NCBI GenBank assembly: GCA_964584065.1
Contig: CAZOYK010000001.1
Location: forward strand, 1-60,540
Reading direction: 5' to 3'
Length of the DNA: 60,540 nt
Source of the DNA: an uncultured Anaerolineaceae bacterium
GTDB lineage: Bacteria > Chloroflexota > Anaerolineae > Anaerolineales > Anaerolineaceae
Part shown: positions 7,981-17,068 of the stretch, piece after piece
How the letters are laid out: every line of letters starts with the position of its first letter
How positions within the stretch are numbered: position 1 is the stretch's first letter
The notes under the pieces: generated by a model
What the model was told of the DNA's origin: nothing
Seen by the model: the letters and a program-made list of their open reading frames with translations, nothing else
Databases searched by the model: none
Translations under genes and position numbers: made by a program

Positions 7981-10467
7981 ATGATAAAGAAAACATTTCT
8001 GATAATTGTGTTGTTGAGTTTGCTGCTTGTAGCGCCTGGCAAGCCGGTAGTAAGTCAAACCGCTACAGCCGGAGAGAATGATCCTTTGCGTACAATTGAC
8101 CTAAGTCACTTTGAACAACAGGCAGCCGCTTCTAGCGCTGTCACGCCTGCGCCGGCTGTGGATGAAGCCTTAGGGCTGCCGCCTGAGCAAGCCCAACCCA
8201 TGTTGGAAAGCGATCCGCTATCTTTTGAAATTAACTCGGGTAGGTTTGTGTATGATGATTTTAACCGCATAGATGGTGCCATAGGTGCGGGCTGGACGGT
8301 GCATAATGGTTATTGTAATATTGCCAGTAATTCAGCTGTGTGTGGTGGAGTATCTTTACCGGGTCGGGCTACCTTCAACGGTGTATCTACCGATGGTAAC
8401 ATGGCAGAAATGGATGTGGCAGTCTCAGGCACAAGCCTGCAGTATGCTGGGCTGCTGCTGAACTATGGTGCGGGCGTCAACAATCTTTTTATTAAAGTGC
8501 AGCAACAAGCTCCTTTCGAAGGAAAATTCACCCACGCCGCCTGTTACACTGGTAGCGGTGGAATCGGTTTTGGTTTGAATTTCTTTGAACTCACATCCCC
8601 TTTTATGAGCGCTCATATGAGCGCCAGGCGTGTGGGAGATACGGTTACGCTCGTTTTCTCCAACGTGGATGGGAGCACACAGCCCACGCAAACCTATACC
8701 TGCACCGGGGCACCTCCACCGGAAGGTAGCGGCATAGGCATTCTGGGTTATAACGCTATTGCCCGGATGGATAATTTTGGCGTCTCAAATAAACACATTC
8801 TTTTGGTGGATGATGATTGGGATTTTGATGAGACAGTGCCAAATGATGGTGGACGTCCTTACTACACCACTGCCCTGGATATATTGGGGTACTCTTACGC
8901 AGTTTGGGATACGGTCACCCAGGGTTCTCCCACGACAGCAGACATGCTTCCTTATGATGCCGTCATCTGGTTCACCGGTTATGCCTGGGAGGAGACAGTC
9001 TTACCCAGTGACGAGTTAGCTCTTGCTGGGTATCTTGAAGCTGGCGGTGTGCTAATCCTTTCTTCGCTGGATTATATTTATTCAGCTGGCACCGTTACAC
9101 CCTTCATGAGAGACTATCTGGGGATTTCCTCATATGATGAAGATGTTACTGAATTAGATCCCGTAGGTACTCCTGACAGTCCGATTGGAGTCGAGTTGGG
9201 ACCATATACCTTGGTGCGCCCGGATACCTGGGCGGCTTATTGGCCAGGAGTCGGCTATGAAGGACCTTACACCGATTACGTTTACCCCACACCCGAAAAT
9301 TCAGCGCCTTTCAAATTTTGGACCTCAGGTGTGACCAACAGCAGTGCTTTTGACGGAGGACACTTCCGCACAGTCTTCCTCGCCTGGCCCTTTGAATGGG
9401 TAGGTTTTGTCCTGGATCGGGCTGAGATTCTCGGCAGTATGCTTGAATGGGGACATTGGGTTGCCAAATCAGACGCCTGCTTTGATCTGACTCGTTTTGA
9501 TGCTGAATATTTCCCACGCACAGGCTTGGTATACGTTTTAGGTGGGCGTTCAGGAATTGATACGGATGGAAATATTTATGCCTATAACCCATCGACGGGT
9601 GCTTGCATAGACACGGGGGCTGATATGCCCATCCCAATCTCAAATTTCACGACCAATTTGATCAATGACGGCAGCAAAGATTTGCTGTGTACCTTTGGTG
9701 GACGTGAAGCAGGGGGTTCTAACACTCTCGCTGTCCAATGTTACGATCCCCTTGCTAACACTGCCTCTGTGGTGGCAAATTTACCAGCCGCTTACACTGG
9801 CTATGTGCCTGGGGCTCAGGTTGTTTACAACAACCGCGTTTATATTTTCGGTGGATTCAACTCCTATGCAGCCCCGTATGATCTCGCCCGCACTGACCGT
9901 TACAATCCTATAACCAAATCCTTTACCCAGCTCGGCAACCTTAGCCTGGCACGCAGCTATATTTATGCGGCAGAAGTAGCTGGCAAGATCTATGCTTTTG
10001 GCGGTACGATCAGTGATCCAGGAGGTTTGTTGGCACAAACGCGAGCGGAAGTGATGGCAGATCCTGAAGGTGCAGGCACCTGGAATGATGCTGCCGTACC
10101 GGACTTGCCTTCACCGATGGGCGAAGGTCGGGCATTTGGCTTTGATTCAGCAGACGGTATCGACAGGCTGACTGATAAGATCGTTTTTGTTGGCGGCGGC
10201 GATTGGCCGAATGAAACCGGTGATGGTTGGACGTATGATACCCTGACCCACACTTACGATGTGAGTTTTCCCGATTTGCAGGAGTTCAGACGCGACCATG
10301 CGGGTGTCTATGTCCCCCTCGATTCTTCCAACCAGGCTGACGGACTGCCAGGTTTATGGGTAATTGGCGGTCATAGTGGATCTGACGCTCCGCCTTATGC
10401 TGGAGTGGAGTACTTCCCACTCAACTACAACTTCCTCTATGCCTTTCTCCCGTTAGTCCTGAAGTAG
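7981..10467 (+). CDS. Secreted multidomain protein: signal peptide, lectin/LamG-like domain, flavodoxin-like spacer domain, six-bladed Kelch-type propeller
   Basis: GAAAGGAG RBS. N-terminal MIKKTFLIIVLLSLLLVAPG signal peptide. Six spaced x-GG blades (VYVLGGRSG, CTFGGREAG, VYIFGGFNS, IYAFGGTIS, IVFVGGGDW, LWVIGGHSG). Confidence 0.65.
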   Translation: MIKKTFLIIVLLSLLLVAPGKPVVSQTATAGENDPLRTIDLSHFEQQAAASSAVTPAPAVDEALGLPPEQAQPMLESDPLSFEINSGRFVYDDFNRIDGAIGAGWTVHNGYCNIASNSAVCGGVSLPGRATFNGVSTDGNMAEMDVAVSGTSLQYAGLLLNYGAGVNNLFIKVQQQAPFEGKFTHAACYTGSGGIGFGLNFFELTSPFMSAHMSARRVGDTVTLVFSNVDGSTQPTQTYTCTGAPPPEGSGIGILGYNAIARMDNFGVSNKHILLVDDDWDFDETVPNDGGRPYYTTALDILGYSYAVWDTVTQGSPTTADMLPYDAVIWFTGYAWEETVLPSDELALAGYLEAGGVLILSSLDYIYSAGTVTPFMRDYLGISSYDEDVTELDPVGTPDSPIGVELGPYTLVRPDTWAAYWPGVGYEGPYTDYVYPTPENSAPFKFWTSGVTNSSAFDGGHFRTVFLAWPFEWVGFVLDRAEILGSMLEWGHWVAKSDACFDLTRFDAEYFPRTGLVYVLGGRSGIDTDGNIYAYNPSTGACIDTGADMPIPISNFTTNLINDGSKDLLCTFGGREAGGSNTLAVQCYDPLANTASVVANLPAAYTGYVPGAQVVYNNRVYIFGGFNSYAAPYDLARTDRYNPITKSFTQLGNLSLARSYIYAAEVAGKIYAFGGTISDPGGLLAQTRAEVMADPEGAGTWNDAAVPDLPSPMGEGRAFGFDSADGIDRLTDKIVFVGGGDWPNETGDGWTYDTLTHTYDVSFPDLQEFRRDHAGVYVPLDSSNQADGLPGLWVIGGHSGSDAPPYAGVEYFPLNYNFLYAFLPLVLK

Positions 10468-10486
10468 GACAGTTGGCTGTGATTTA

Positions 10487-10549
10487 CCTCTCCCTTCAAA
10501 AGACACCAGGACGGAATCTGTTTGGTAAAAAAGGGAGAGGTTTTCTTTT
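10487..10549 (+). terminator. Long-stem terminator after the Kelch protein gene
   Basis: CCTCTCCCTT (10487-10496) pairs with AAGGGAGAGG (10531-10540) over a partly self-pairing loop, followed by TTTTCTTTT. Confidence 0.55.
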
Positions 10550-10863
10550 AACCATTGCTAACTCATCATGATTTCCTGACCATATTCCTCGCAAGATCGT
10601 CAATCTGAGAGACAAATTGAAGTCATGTTCCTATCACATTCAAGTTTTATCGGAACACATCTCCTTTTTCCTGTTTGATGATCATACAGTTGAGGCCACG
10701 ATGGTTAACTATTTTTGCCATTTGATGGCATTAGAACTCGTCCAACAAATTCTGATATCAACCAGGGTCTTCTATATCAAACAGGGGGGGTGGATTCAAC
10801 AATTCACGAAATAAACGAATTGAAAATCACCTTATTCCTATGGAGTAGCAATCTGAGCACAAA

Positions 10864-10926
10864 GACAGCTCCGACCACGGCATGATCGTCTATGGCTATA
10901 AATTCCGCCCGGTGATGCAGGGTTAA
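10864..10926 (+). pseudogene. Ghost copy 3: last ~20 codons of the DUF35 gene with its own TAA stop
   Basis: GACAGCTCCGACCACGGCATGATCGTCTATGGCTATAAATTCCGCCCGGTGATGCAGGG differs at 3 positions from 5243-5312. A diverged terminator (GTGCCTTCCA..TGGAGGGTAC TTTT) follows at 10947-10973. Confidence 0.75.
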
Positions 10927-11354
10927 ACGAACACTTGATAACCAGAGTGCCTTCCATTTTGGAGGGTACTTTTGATTCACGCAGTATTTGTTTCTCAGTA
11001 ATTTCATTATGGGGGAAGTGCTGCTTCACGCTAAAACAGGAACAAGTGACCCGCTTGTAAGGTGCTTTGCCAATCTTGGGACGCCAAGATTCTCTCTTGG
11101 AGCGCGAGGACATCGCCAAAACATTCTTTCTGCGCATCCCAGCTGGTTAGGATGTCTTTGTCGGAGGTGATCAGCGGCTTCCCGGAAGACCTTTCTCAAC
11201 GCGACTGGACACCCGTGGGGAGAGGCGCATTAAAAATTGTGGGTTTTGGCAGTCTGAATTCACTGGCAGTTATTTGACTTTGACAAAAGCTGCTTGGCCT
11301 TAATCGCTTATTATGATTGCATTATTCCAAATCAATCCAAAAAGAGGTCTTCCT

Positions 11355-11555
11355 ATGAAACGCAATATGTCCAATCTTGACCGCATTATCCGTGCCATCA
11401 TCGCCGTCCTGTTTGCCTATCTTTATTTTGGTGGAGTCGTCACAGGCACGTTTGGCATTATCCTGGTGGTGCTCGGCGCAATCCTGCTGATAACATCCGT
11501 CCTTGGCTTCTGCCCGCTATATGTACTCCTTAAAATGAGTACCTTGAAGGACTAA
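11355..11555 (+). CDS. DUF2892 (YgaP-like) small membrane protein
   Basis: Start moved to ATG 11355 (AAGAGG RBS). N-terminal NLDRIIRAIIAV and C-terminal GFCPLY motifs flank two TM helices, as in DUF2892. Confidence 0.65.
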   Translation: MKRNMSNLDRIIRAIIAVLFAYLYFGGVVTGTFGIILVVLGAILLITSVLGFCPLYVLLKMSTLKD

Positions 11556-11768
11556 ACCTGGCATTTCTACAGGGAGGATGAGTAATCATTCGCTTTTGAT
11601 TTTTTAAACCTATTGGCTTACAGATAAAGTTGTTGCATATTTCCGTGTTCGCTGGCTCGAACAACGGCTTGTTTGAAACGTCAATGTAAGGAACCCGGAA
11701 AATATTCAAAGCATCCTAAAAGATATATGGCTTGCCAAAAAATTGTTGTGAATTAGGGAATCACAAAA

Positions 11769-11907
11769 CCAGCTGACCGAACTTGCCGCTGAGCCTGAGC
11801 GCATCGGCATGCCGGTGGAGATGGTCACGCGCAAAATCCGCAACTATGGCTCCGACCGCGGCATGATCGTCTATGGCTACAAGTTCCGCCCGGTAATGCA
11901 GGGATAG
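11769..11907 (+). pseudogene. Ghost copy 4: last ~45 codons of the DUF35 gene
   Basis: Aligns with 5178-5316 at roughly 90% identity by eye. Keeps the TAG stop and the 3' UTR. Confidence 0.8.
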
Positions 11908-11931
11908 TCCCTCTATTGAAGCAAATCCAAA

Positions 11932-11961
11932 CCGCCTTCCAAGTCTGGAGGGCGGTTTTTT
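11932..11961 (+). terminator. Duplicated DUF35 terminator (copy 4)
   Basis: Identical stem-loop CCGCCTTCCA agtc TGGAGGGCGG followed by TTTTTT. Confidence 0.8.
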
Positions 11962-12213
11962 GTTTTGGGGCGTATAATTTTTCTTGTTACATACATGAGT
12001 AGAAAAACATTAAGAGACAATAGTTAGATTAAGAAAGAAAAATGATAGTTGACACGAATTTCAATTTTTACTCCGACTCAAAGGGTCGTGATCCTGACAG
12101 CGCCAGTCCAACTCTCAATAAATACCATAGAATAGCCGGAAAAGGCCCTCTGACATTAAAAAAGAAGGTTTCCGCGCCACCTTGCTGCCATTGCTGACAT
12201 TACATTCGGCGGA

Positions 12214-12603
12214 TTGCTGGCGCTTGGGATTTGCTATTTGCTCTTCTTACTGACCAATCATCTCGCGAGATACCTGGTTGCTTTCATCAACCTCTCCTCC
12301 ATGCCGCCCTTCATCGTTCGCAGAGTTTTTGCTTTGGTGCTTATGGCTCTATATTTGGTTGTGCTTCGCGCCAAACTCTCTGATCTCGCCAAATCCACCC
12401 TCCTTGTCGGTCCAATGGGGATCCTTTTTTCGACCGCGATGATCACCCTCTATCAAACGCCAGCGTGGGCGATCGCGGTCACAGTTGTTATCACAGCTGT
12501 CAGCATCTTTCTGCTACACAGAAGTATGAAGCCCTGGTTTTATTATTATGCTATCGCGATCGCCTTGCTTGTTTCCATTGCCTTAGCCTGGCCGCGGGCT
12601 TGA
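12214..12603 (+). CDS. Hypothetical 4-TM membrane protein
   Basis: 129-aa ORF that is strongly hydrophobic throughout. Has a TTG start and no recognisable family. Confidence 0.35.
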   Translation: MLALGICYLLFLLTNHLARYLVAFINLSSMPPFIVRRVFALVLMALYLVVLRAKLSDLAKSTLLVGPMGILFSTAMITLYQTPAWAIAVTVVITAVSIFLLHRSMKPWFYYYAIAIALLVSIALAWPRA

Positions 12604-12803
12604 GAGATCAGGTTGTCGCTCCACAAAAAAAGAATAGGGAGGATATGTGTAATGACTTCAAGTTTCTACCGCGAATGAAGTTTGGGTATAATTTCGGGGA
12701 AATCCATGCTTTCTGGTGTGACAGTCACATTGCCTGTTTTTGAAGCATGTTTTTCATCACGATTCATTGGATTGAATGATATATTAAATGGTGAGATTTT
12801 TCT

Positions 12804-13757
12804 TTGCGTGAGGCTGATTTGCAAAAGTATTTTAAAGAATATCAATGGTCCAACATCAATGCCATGCTGCGCAACCTTAAGTCAAGCCCGGAAATCTGCA
12901 CGGACGATTTTAATGACCAATTGGTCATAATTACCGGGGCGACCTCAGGCATTGGTTATGCGGCCGCAAAAAAATACGCCTCTCACGGCGCTGAACTGCT
13001 CTGCATCAATCGGAATGAACAAAAGTCAAAAGAGACGTGTGATGCGATTCAAAGCCAGTATGGCACCAGTTGCACCTATTGGATTGCGGATCTCTCACGG
13101 CTTGCTGAAGTCCATTCCGTGGGAAAGAAACTGGCCGCACTTGAGAGGGACATTGACGTGCTGATCCACAACGCGGGTGTCTATAACACAAAGAAGATCA
13201 TCACAGCGGATAACCTGGAAGCAAGCTTCCAAACGAACTACCTGAGCACATTCATTTTGAATCATTACCTCAAGGAAAAATTCATCAAGCAGAAAAGCGG
13301 ACGCATCCTGTTCGTCAACTCTGAAGCCCACCGGTTCGCCGCCTGGGGTCTGCACCTGGATGATCTTACCTGGGAAAAGCACGCCTATTCGGGGCTGAAA
13401 GCTTACGGCGCCGCGAAGTTGGCGCAGTTACTCTCGATGATCAAGCTCAACGAGGCATTCCTTGGGTCAGGGGCAACGGTAAACGCTATGCACCCGGGCA
13501 ACGTCAAGACGAACAGCGGGCAAAACAACGGTCCCATCTACAAGTTTTTCAAGCGGATCTTTATTGATCGCTCAGCGCAGTCTGCCAACATTGCCGCTGA
13601 AGCGCTCTATTTTTTGGGCGTTTCCAAAAGCCTGGAGAAGGTTTCGGGTAAATTTTTCAATCTCACAACCGAAGAAGAGCCAGCTCCCCCGGCGTGGGAT
13701 AAGGATGCCGCCGAAGAACTTTGGACACTCAGCTGCAAGTTAGGTGGAGTGAAATGA
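12804..13757 (+). CDS. Short-chain dehydrogenase/reductase (retinol-dehydrogenase-like classical SDR)
   Basis: ITGATSGIGYAAA, IHNAGV and the catalytic YGAAK. The TTG start at 12804 is uncertain; ATG 12864 is an alternative. Confidence 0.8.
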   Translation: MREADLQKYFKEYQWSNINAMLRNLKSSPEICTDDFNDQLVIITGATSGIGYAAAKKYASHGAELLCINRNEQKSKETCDAIQSQYGTSCTYWIADLSRLAEVHSVGKKLAALERDIDVLIHNAGVYNTKKIITADNLEASFQTNYLSTFILNHYLKEKFIKQKSGRILFVNSEAHRFAAWGLHLDDLTWEKHAYSGLKAYGAAKLAQLLSMIKLNEAFLGSGATVNAMHPGNVKTNSGQNNGPIYKFFKRIFIDRSAQSANIAAEALYFLGVSKSLEKVSGKFFNLTTEEEPAPPAWDKDAAEELWTLSCKLGGVK

Positions 13758-15373
13758 CAGAAGAAAAATCAAAAGTCGTGATTGTTGGAGCAGGTATGGC
13801 AGGGCTCACAGCCGCCGCTTATCTCTTGAGGGAAAACTATGACGTTTTGATCCTGGATAAGAATGATAAGTGCGGCGGCTTGCTGCGGACCTTCCAGTCA
13901 AACGGGTTTTCCTTCGATTCAGGTCCGCGGGCTTTTGTAAATTCCGGCATCATGAAACCGATCCTGAAAGACCTGAAGATCGATTGGGAGGTCCTCGAAA
14001 ACAAAATCTCGATCGGTGTTGAAGACCATATCGTTCGATTCAATTCAATCGATTCTTTACAAGAATATAAAAAGATGCTAATCAGCCTCTACCCTGAGAG
14101 CGTCGATGATATCGAAAAGATCATCCCAATTCTCTATCGACTATCGGAATATACCAAGGTTTTGTACGAATTTGATAATCCCAACCTCACCACCAACCTG
14201 ATGGCCGATAAAAAATTCCTGATCAAAAAATTACTTCCCTGGACCTTCAAGTTCCTCAACGCGCTCAGGCAGTTCAACAAATTCAAGATGCCCATGGAAG
14301 TTTTCATGGCGCGCCTGACCAAAAATCAATCTTTAGCCGACATCATTCTCCAGCACTTCTTCAGGAAGACTCCCACCTATTTCGCCTTGGGTTATTTTCA
14401 TGTTTACATGGACTATTTCTACCCCAAGGGTGGCACAGCCGCGGTGGTTGATCTGCTGAAAAACAGAATATTGGAAAAGGGTGGCGAAATCAGGCTGAAC
14501 ACCCAGATTGTCTCGGTCAACCCATCCGAAAAGACGGTGACCGACTCGTCAGGCGAAAGTTATGCTTACGATGACCTGATCTGGGCGGCAGACCTCAAAA
14601 CCCTCTATCGCAATCTCAATCCTGAGGGGTTGGATGCGGAAATCACCGCGAACGTGAAAGCAGAAACCGAGCGCATTCTGGCGGCAAGAGGCGCTGAATC
14701 CGTCTTTATTTACTTCCTTGCGGCAGATCGCCCAATGTCCTACTTCCAGTCCAGAGGTGGGGAGCACATGTTCTATACCCCCTCCAGGCAAGGTTTGGGC
14801 CAAACCACCCGCCTCGAAAGAGAAGCCCTCGTCAGGGACTTTAACGCAAAATCCAAGGCTGAGGTATTCGCCTGGCTGGAACAATACTGCGATCTAAATA
14901 CCTATGAAGTCTCCATCCCTGCCCTGCGCGACGCCACCATGGCGCCGGAAGGCAAAACCGGCCTGATGATCAGCTGCCTGCTGGACTACGACGTGGTTGA
15001 GAAGATTGAGCAAGCCGGCTGGTATGACGAATTCAAAGAAACCCTCGAGAAGCGTATCCTCAGCAATTTCTCTGAAACCGTCTACCCGGGCTTAGCTGAG
15101 GATATCCTTTTCAAGTTCTCTTCAACACCGCTGACGATCAAACAGGTGGCCGGGAGTTCGGAAGGGGCCATAACCGGCTGGTCATTTGAGTCGGATGTGC
15201 CGGTCGTCAACAAATTAACGAACCTTCCAAAATCCGTTCTGACACCGATCCCCGGGATTCTCCAGGCAGGGCAGTGGGCGTATTCCCCCGCGGGCGTGCC
15301 CATCGCGATGATGACGGGCTGGTATGCGACACAAAAGATTTTAAAAGACGCAAAGAAATCCCGGGGTAAATAA
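13754..15373 (+). CDS. FAD-dependent oxidoreductase, phytoene-desaturase/RetSat-like family
   Basis: VVIVGAGMAGLTAAAYL...LDKNDKCGG dinucleotide motif with CrtI-like length. Start set to ATG 13754 (GGTGGAG RBS, ATGA overlap with the SDR stop). Confidence 0.8.
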   Translation: MTEEKSKVVIVGAGMAGLTAAAYLLRENYDVLILDKNDKCGGLLRTFQSNGFSFDSGPRAFVNSGIMKPILKDLKIDWEVLENKISIGVEDHIVRFNSIDSLQEYKKMLISLYPESVDDIEKIIPILYRLSEYTKVLYEFDNPNLTTNLMADKKFLIKKLLPWTFKFLNALRQFNKFKMPMEVFMARLTKNQSLADIILQHFFRKTPTYFALGYFHVYMDYFYPKGGTAAVVDLLKNRILEKGGEIRLNTQIVSVNPSEKTVTDSSGESYAYDDLIWAADLKTLYRNLNPEGLDAEITANVKAETERILAARGAESVFIYFLAADRPMSYFQSRGGEHMFYTPSRQGLGQTTRLEREALVRDFNAKSKAEVFAWLEQYCDLNTYEVSIPALRDATMAPEGKTGLMISCLLDYDVVEKIEQAGWYDEFKETLEKRILSNFSETVYPGLAEDILFKFSSTPLTIKQVAGSSEGAITGWSFESDVPVVNKLTNLPKSVLTPIPGILQAGQWAYSPAGVPIAMMTGWYATQKILKDAKKSRGK

Positions 15374-15472
15374 CCGGGGATCTACATAGAATAAGGATCT
15401 TGTAACCACTGCCAAACCGTAAATGCAGGATGCCCAACCCAACAATGGGGCAAACAGGAGCTTGATATAAGC

Positions 15473-15988
15473 GTGAACGCATTAACGATAGTGACGATTG
15501 GCTTTCTGATGATGGAGGCTTCGAATGTCATCATGCTCTATTTTTTCCCGGACTCAAGATATGCCAACAGCGTGGGTGTGTTCAAAGCCTGGGAAAAATC
15601 AAAACAAGACCCCGAACTGCATAATTTTGTGAAATACCTGGTCAACTGGGTTGCAGGCACCAAGTTAATCGTCATCCTGCTGTTGATCGTGATCCTTCTA
15701 ACCGCGCGCGAACATACCCTGATCTTTACCGGCGCTGCAATGGTCCTCTCGATCGCCTCGTTCTTTTGGCGTCTCTTCCCGCTCATTCGAGCAATGGATC
15801 GAAATGACCAGATCGAACCCAAAAATTACTCCACCACCTTAGGGTGGATGATATGTGGTTTTTTTCATGGTATTCCTCGCGGCGGTGATCATCACAATCC
15901 TAACTTCAAAATAAGCGGTCTAATTCCGGCTTTAAAGAACCGACATGCTGATTGTCATTTCGCAAATTATCAGTACGGAATAAAATAA
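15473..15988 (+). CDS. Hypothetical multi-TM membrane protein, probably frameshifted at a T7 run (15859-15865)
   Basis: Hydrophobic up to residue ~128, then a non-membrane tail. Removing one T gives ...GWMICGFFMVFLAAVIITILTSK with a stop at 15912-15914. Confidence 0.45.
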   Translation: MNALTIVTIGFLMMEASNVIMLYFFPDSRYANSVGVFKAWEKSKQDPELHNFVKYLVNWVAGTKLIVILLLIVILLTAREHTLIFTGAAMVLSIASFFWRLFPLIRAMDRNDQIEPKNYSTTLGWMICGFFHGIPRGGDHHNPNFKISGLIPALKNRHADCHFANYQYGIK

Positions 15989-16067
15989 AAGAGTCAGTCG
16001 GCAGTCCTAAAAAAGATGCGTTCTTTTTTCATAAAGAATGGCAAGACAGTATCAGGAATAAAGCTTC

Positions 16068-16913
16068 ATGAAATTGATCGACATCATCCATCGCCAGCCC
16101 AACCCTCAACCCTGGTTTGAAGGGGAGAAAATTCCCTGGAATGACCCGACCTTCAGCAAACGGATGCTGAATGAACATCTATCCCAGGCGCACGATGCCG
16201 CCAGCCGCCGCTCAGAAACCATCGACGCGCAGGTGGATTGGATCCACCAGGCTGTGCTCAAAGGGCTCCCTTCGCGCATCCTCGACCTGGGATGTGGACC
16301 CGGGCTCTACACTGCCCGCTTAGCTGGCTTGGGTCACACTTGCACAGGCATTGACTTTTCGCCTGCCTCCATTGCCTATGCCAAAGAGCAGGCCATTGCC
16401 CGTAATTTGCGCTGCCAGTATTTCGAGGCAGACATTCGATCAGCTGAGTATGGCAGTGGATATGACCTTGTTATGTCCATTTTTGGAGAATTCAACGTGT
16501 TCCGACCAGAAGACGCGAGAGTAATCCTGCAGAAATCATTCGCTGCTTTGAAGGCGGGTGGTTACCTTTTGCTTGAACCCCACACCTTCGAGAAAGTGCG
16601 GGAATTGGGTAATCAGTCACGTTCCTGGCATGCTGCGGAAAGTGGTTTGTTTGGGGATGAACCATACCTGTACTTACAGGAGAATATCTGGGCTGAAGAA
16701 GCCAGGGTGGCGATCCAACGTTATTACATCTTGGATGTCAATTCCGCTGAAGTGACATTCCATTCATCCAGTATGCAAGCTTATACCGACCAAGAATATC
16801 GCTCCCTGCTGGTTGATTGTGGATTTGTTGAAGCAACAATTCTGGGCTCGATCAGCGGCAGTGGCAATAGTTTCGCCGGGCTGCTTGGAATTCTCGCTCG
16901 AAAGCCGGCTTGA
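16068..16913 (+). CDS. Class I SAM-dependent methyltransferase
   Basis: Motif I ILDLGCGPGLYTARLAG and post-I acidic DF. 281 aa. Confidence 0.8.
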   Translation: MKLIDIIHRQPNPQPWFEGEKIPWNDPTFSKRMLNEHLSQAHDAASRRSETIDAQVDWIHQAVLKGLPSRILDLGCGPGLYTARLAGLGHTCTGIDFSPASIAYAKEQAIARNLRCQYFEADIRSAEYGSGYDLVMSIFGEFNVFRPEDARVILQKSFAALKAGGYLLLEPHTFEKVRELGNQSRSWHAAESGLFGDEPYLYLQENIWAEEARVAIQRYYILDVNSAEVTFHSSSMQAYTDQEYRSLLVDCGFVEATILGSISGSGNSFAGLLGILARKPA

Positions 16914-16988
16914 GGGTTTGATTAGACCCACTGAGTGGTTCTTTCTACTGGTGTCTGTTGTCATCTTGTCTTTTATGAATGATTAATC

Positions 16989-17027
16989 AAAAAACCGGAG
17001 AGCACAATCAGTGCCATCCGGTTTTTT
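16989..17027. terminator. Bidirectional terminator between convergent genes
   Basis: AAAAAA CCGGAGAGCAC aatca GTGCCATCCGG TTTTTT. The A-run and T-run flank an 11-bp stem with a 2x2 internal mismatch. Confidence 0.75.
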
Positions 17028-17068
17028 AAGTCTGACTTTCTTAACCTATTGCGAATGATTCCCAGGCT

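Noticed and set aside
10560-11312. Short ORFs between ghost copy 3 and the DUF2892 gene and upstream of copy 3 (10617-10814, 10838-11137, 10988-11170, 11062-11277).
   Set aside because: They overlap one another in different frames or strands and have no RBS. Some are simply antisense to the ghost fragment (…LHHRAEFIAIDDHAVVGAV). They are probably non-coding cassette remnants.
12042-12197. A 51-aa ORF (MIVDTNFNFYSDSKGRDPDSASPTLNKYHR...), just after the last ghost copy and below the track cut-off. Its N-terminus looks vaguely like the start of a conserved larger protein, so it may be a truncated cargo remnant.
   Set aside because: I cannot name the family with confidence or verify homology without a database search. 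The tail (…KKKVSAPPCCHC) looks like read-through. It is left unannotated. A BLASTP/HMM hit covering only the first ~30 residues of longer proteins would revive it.
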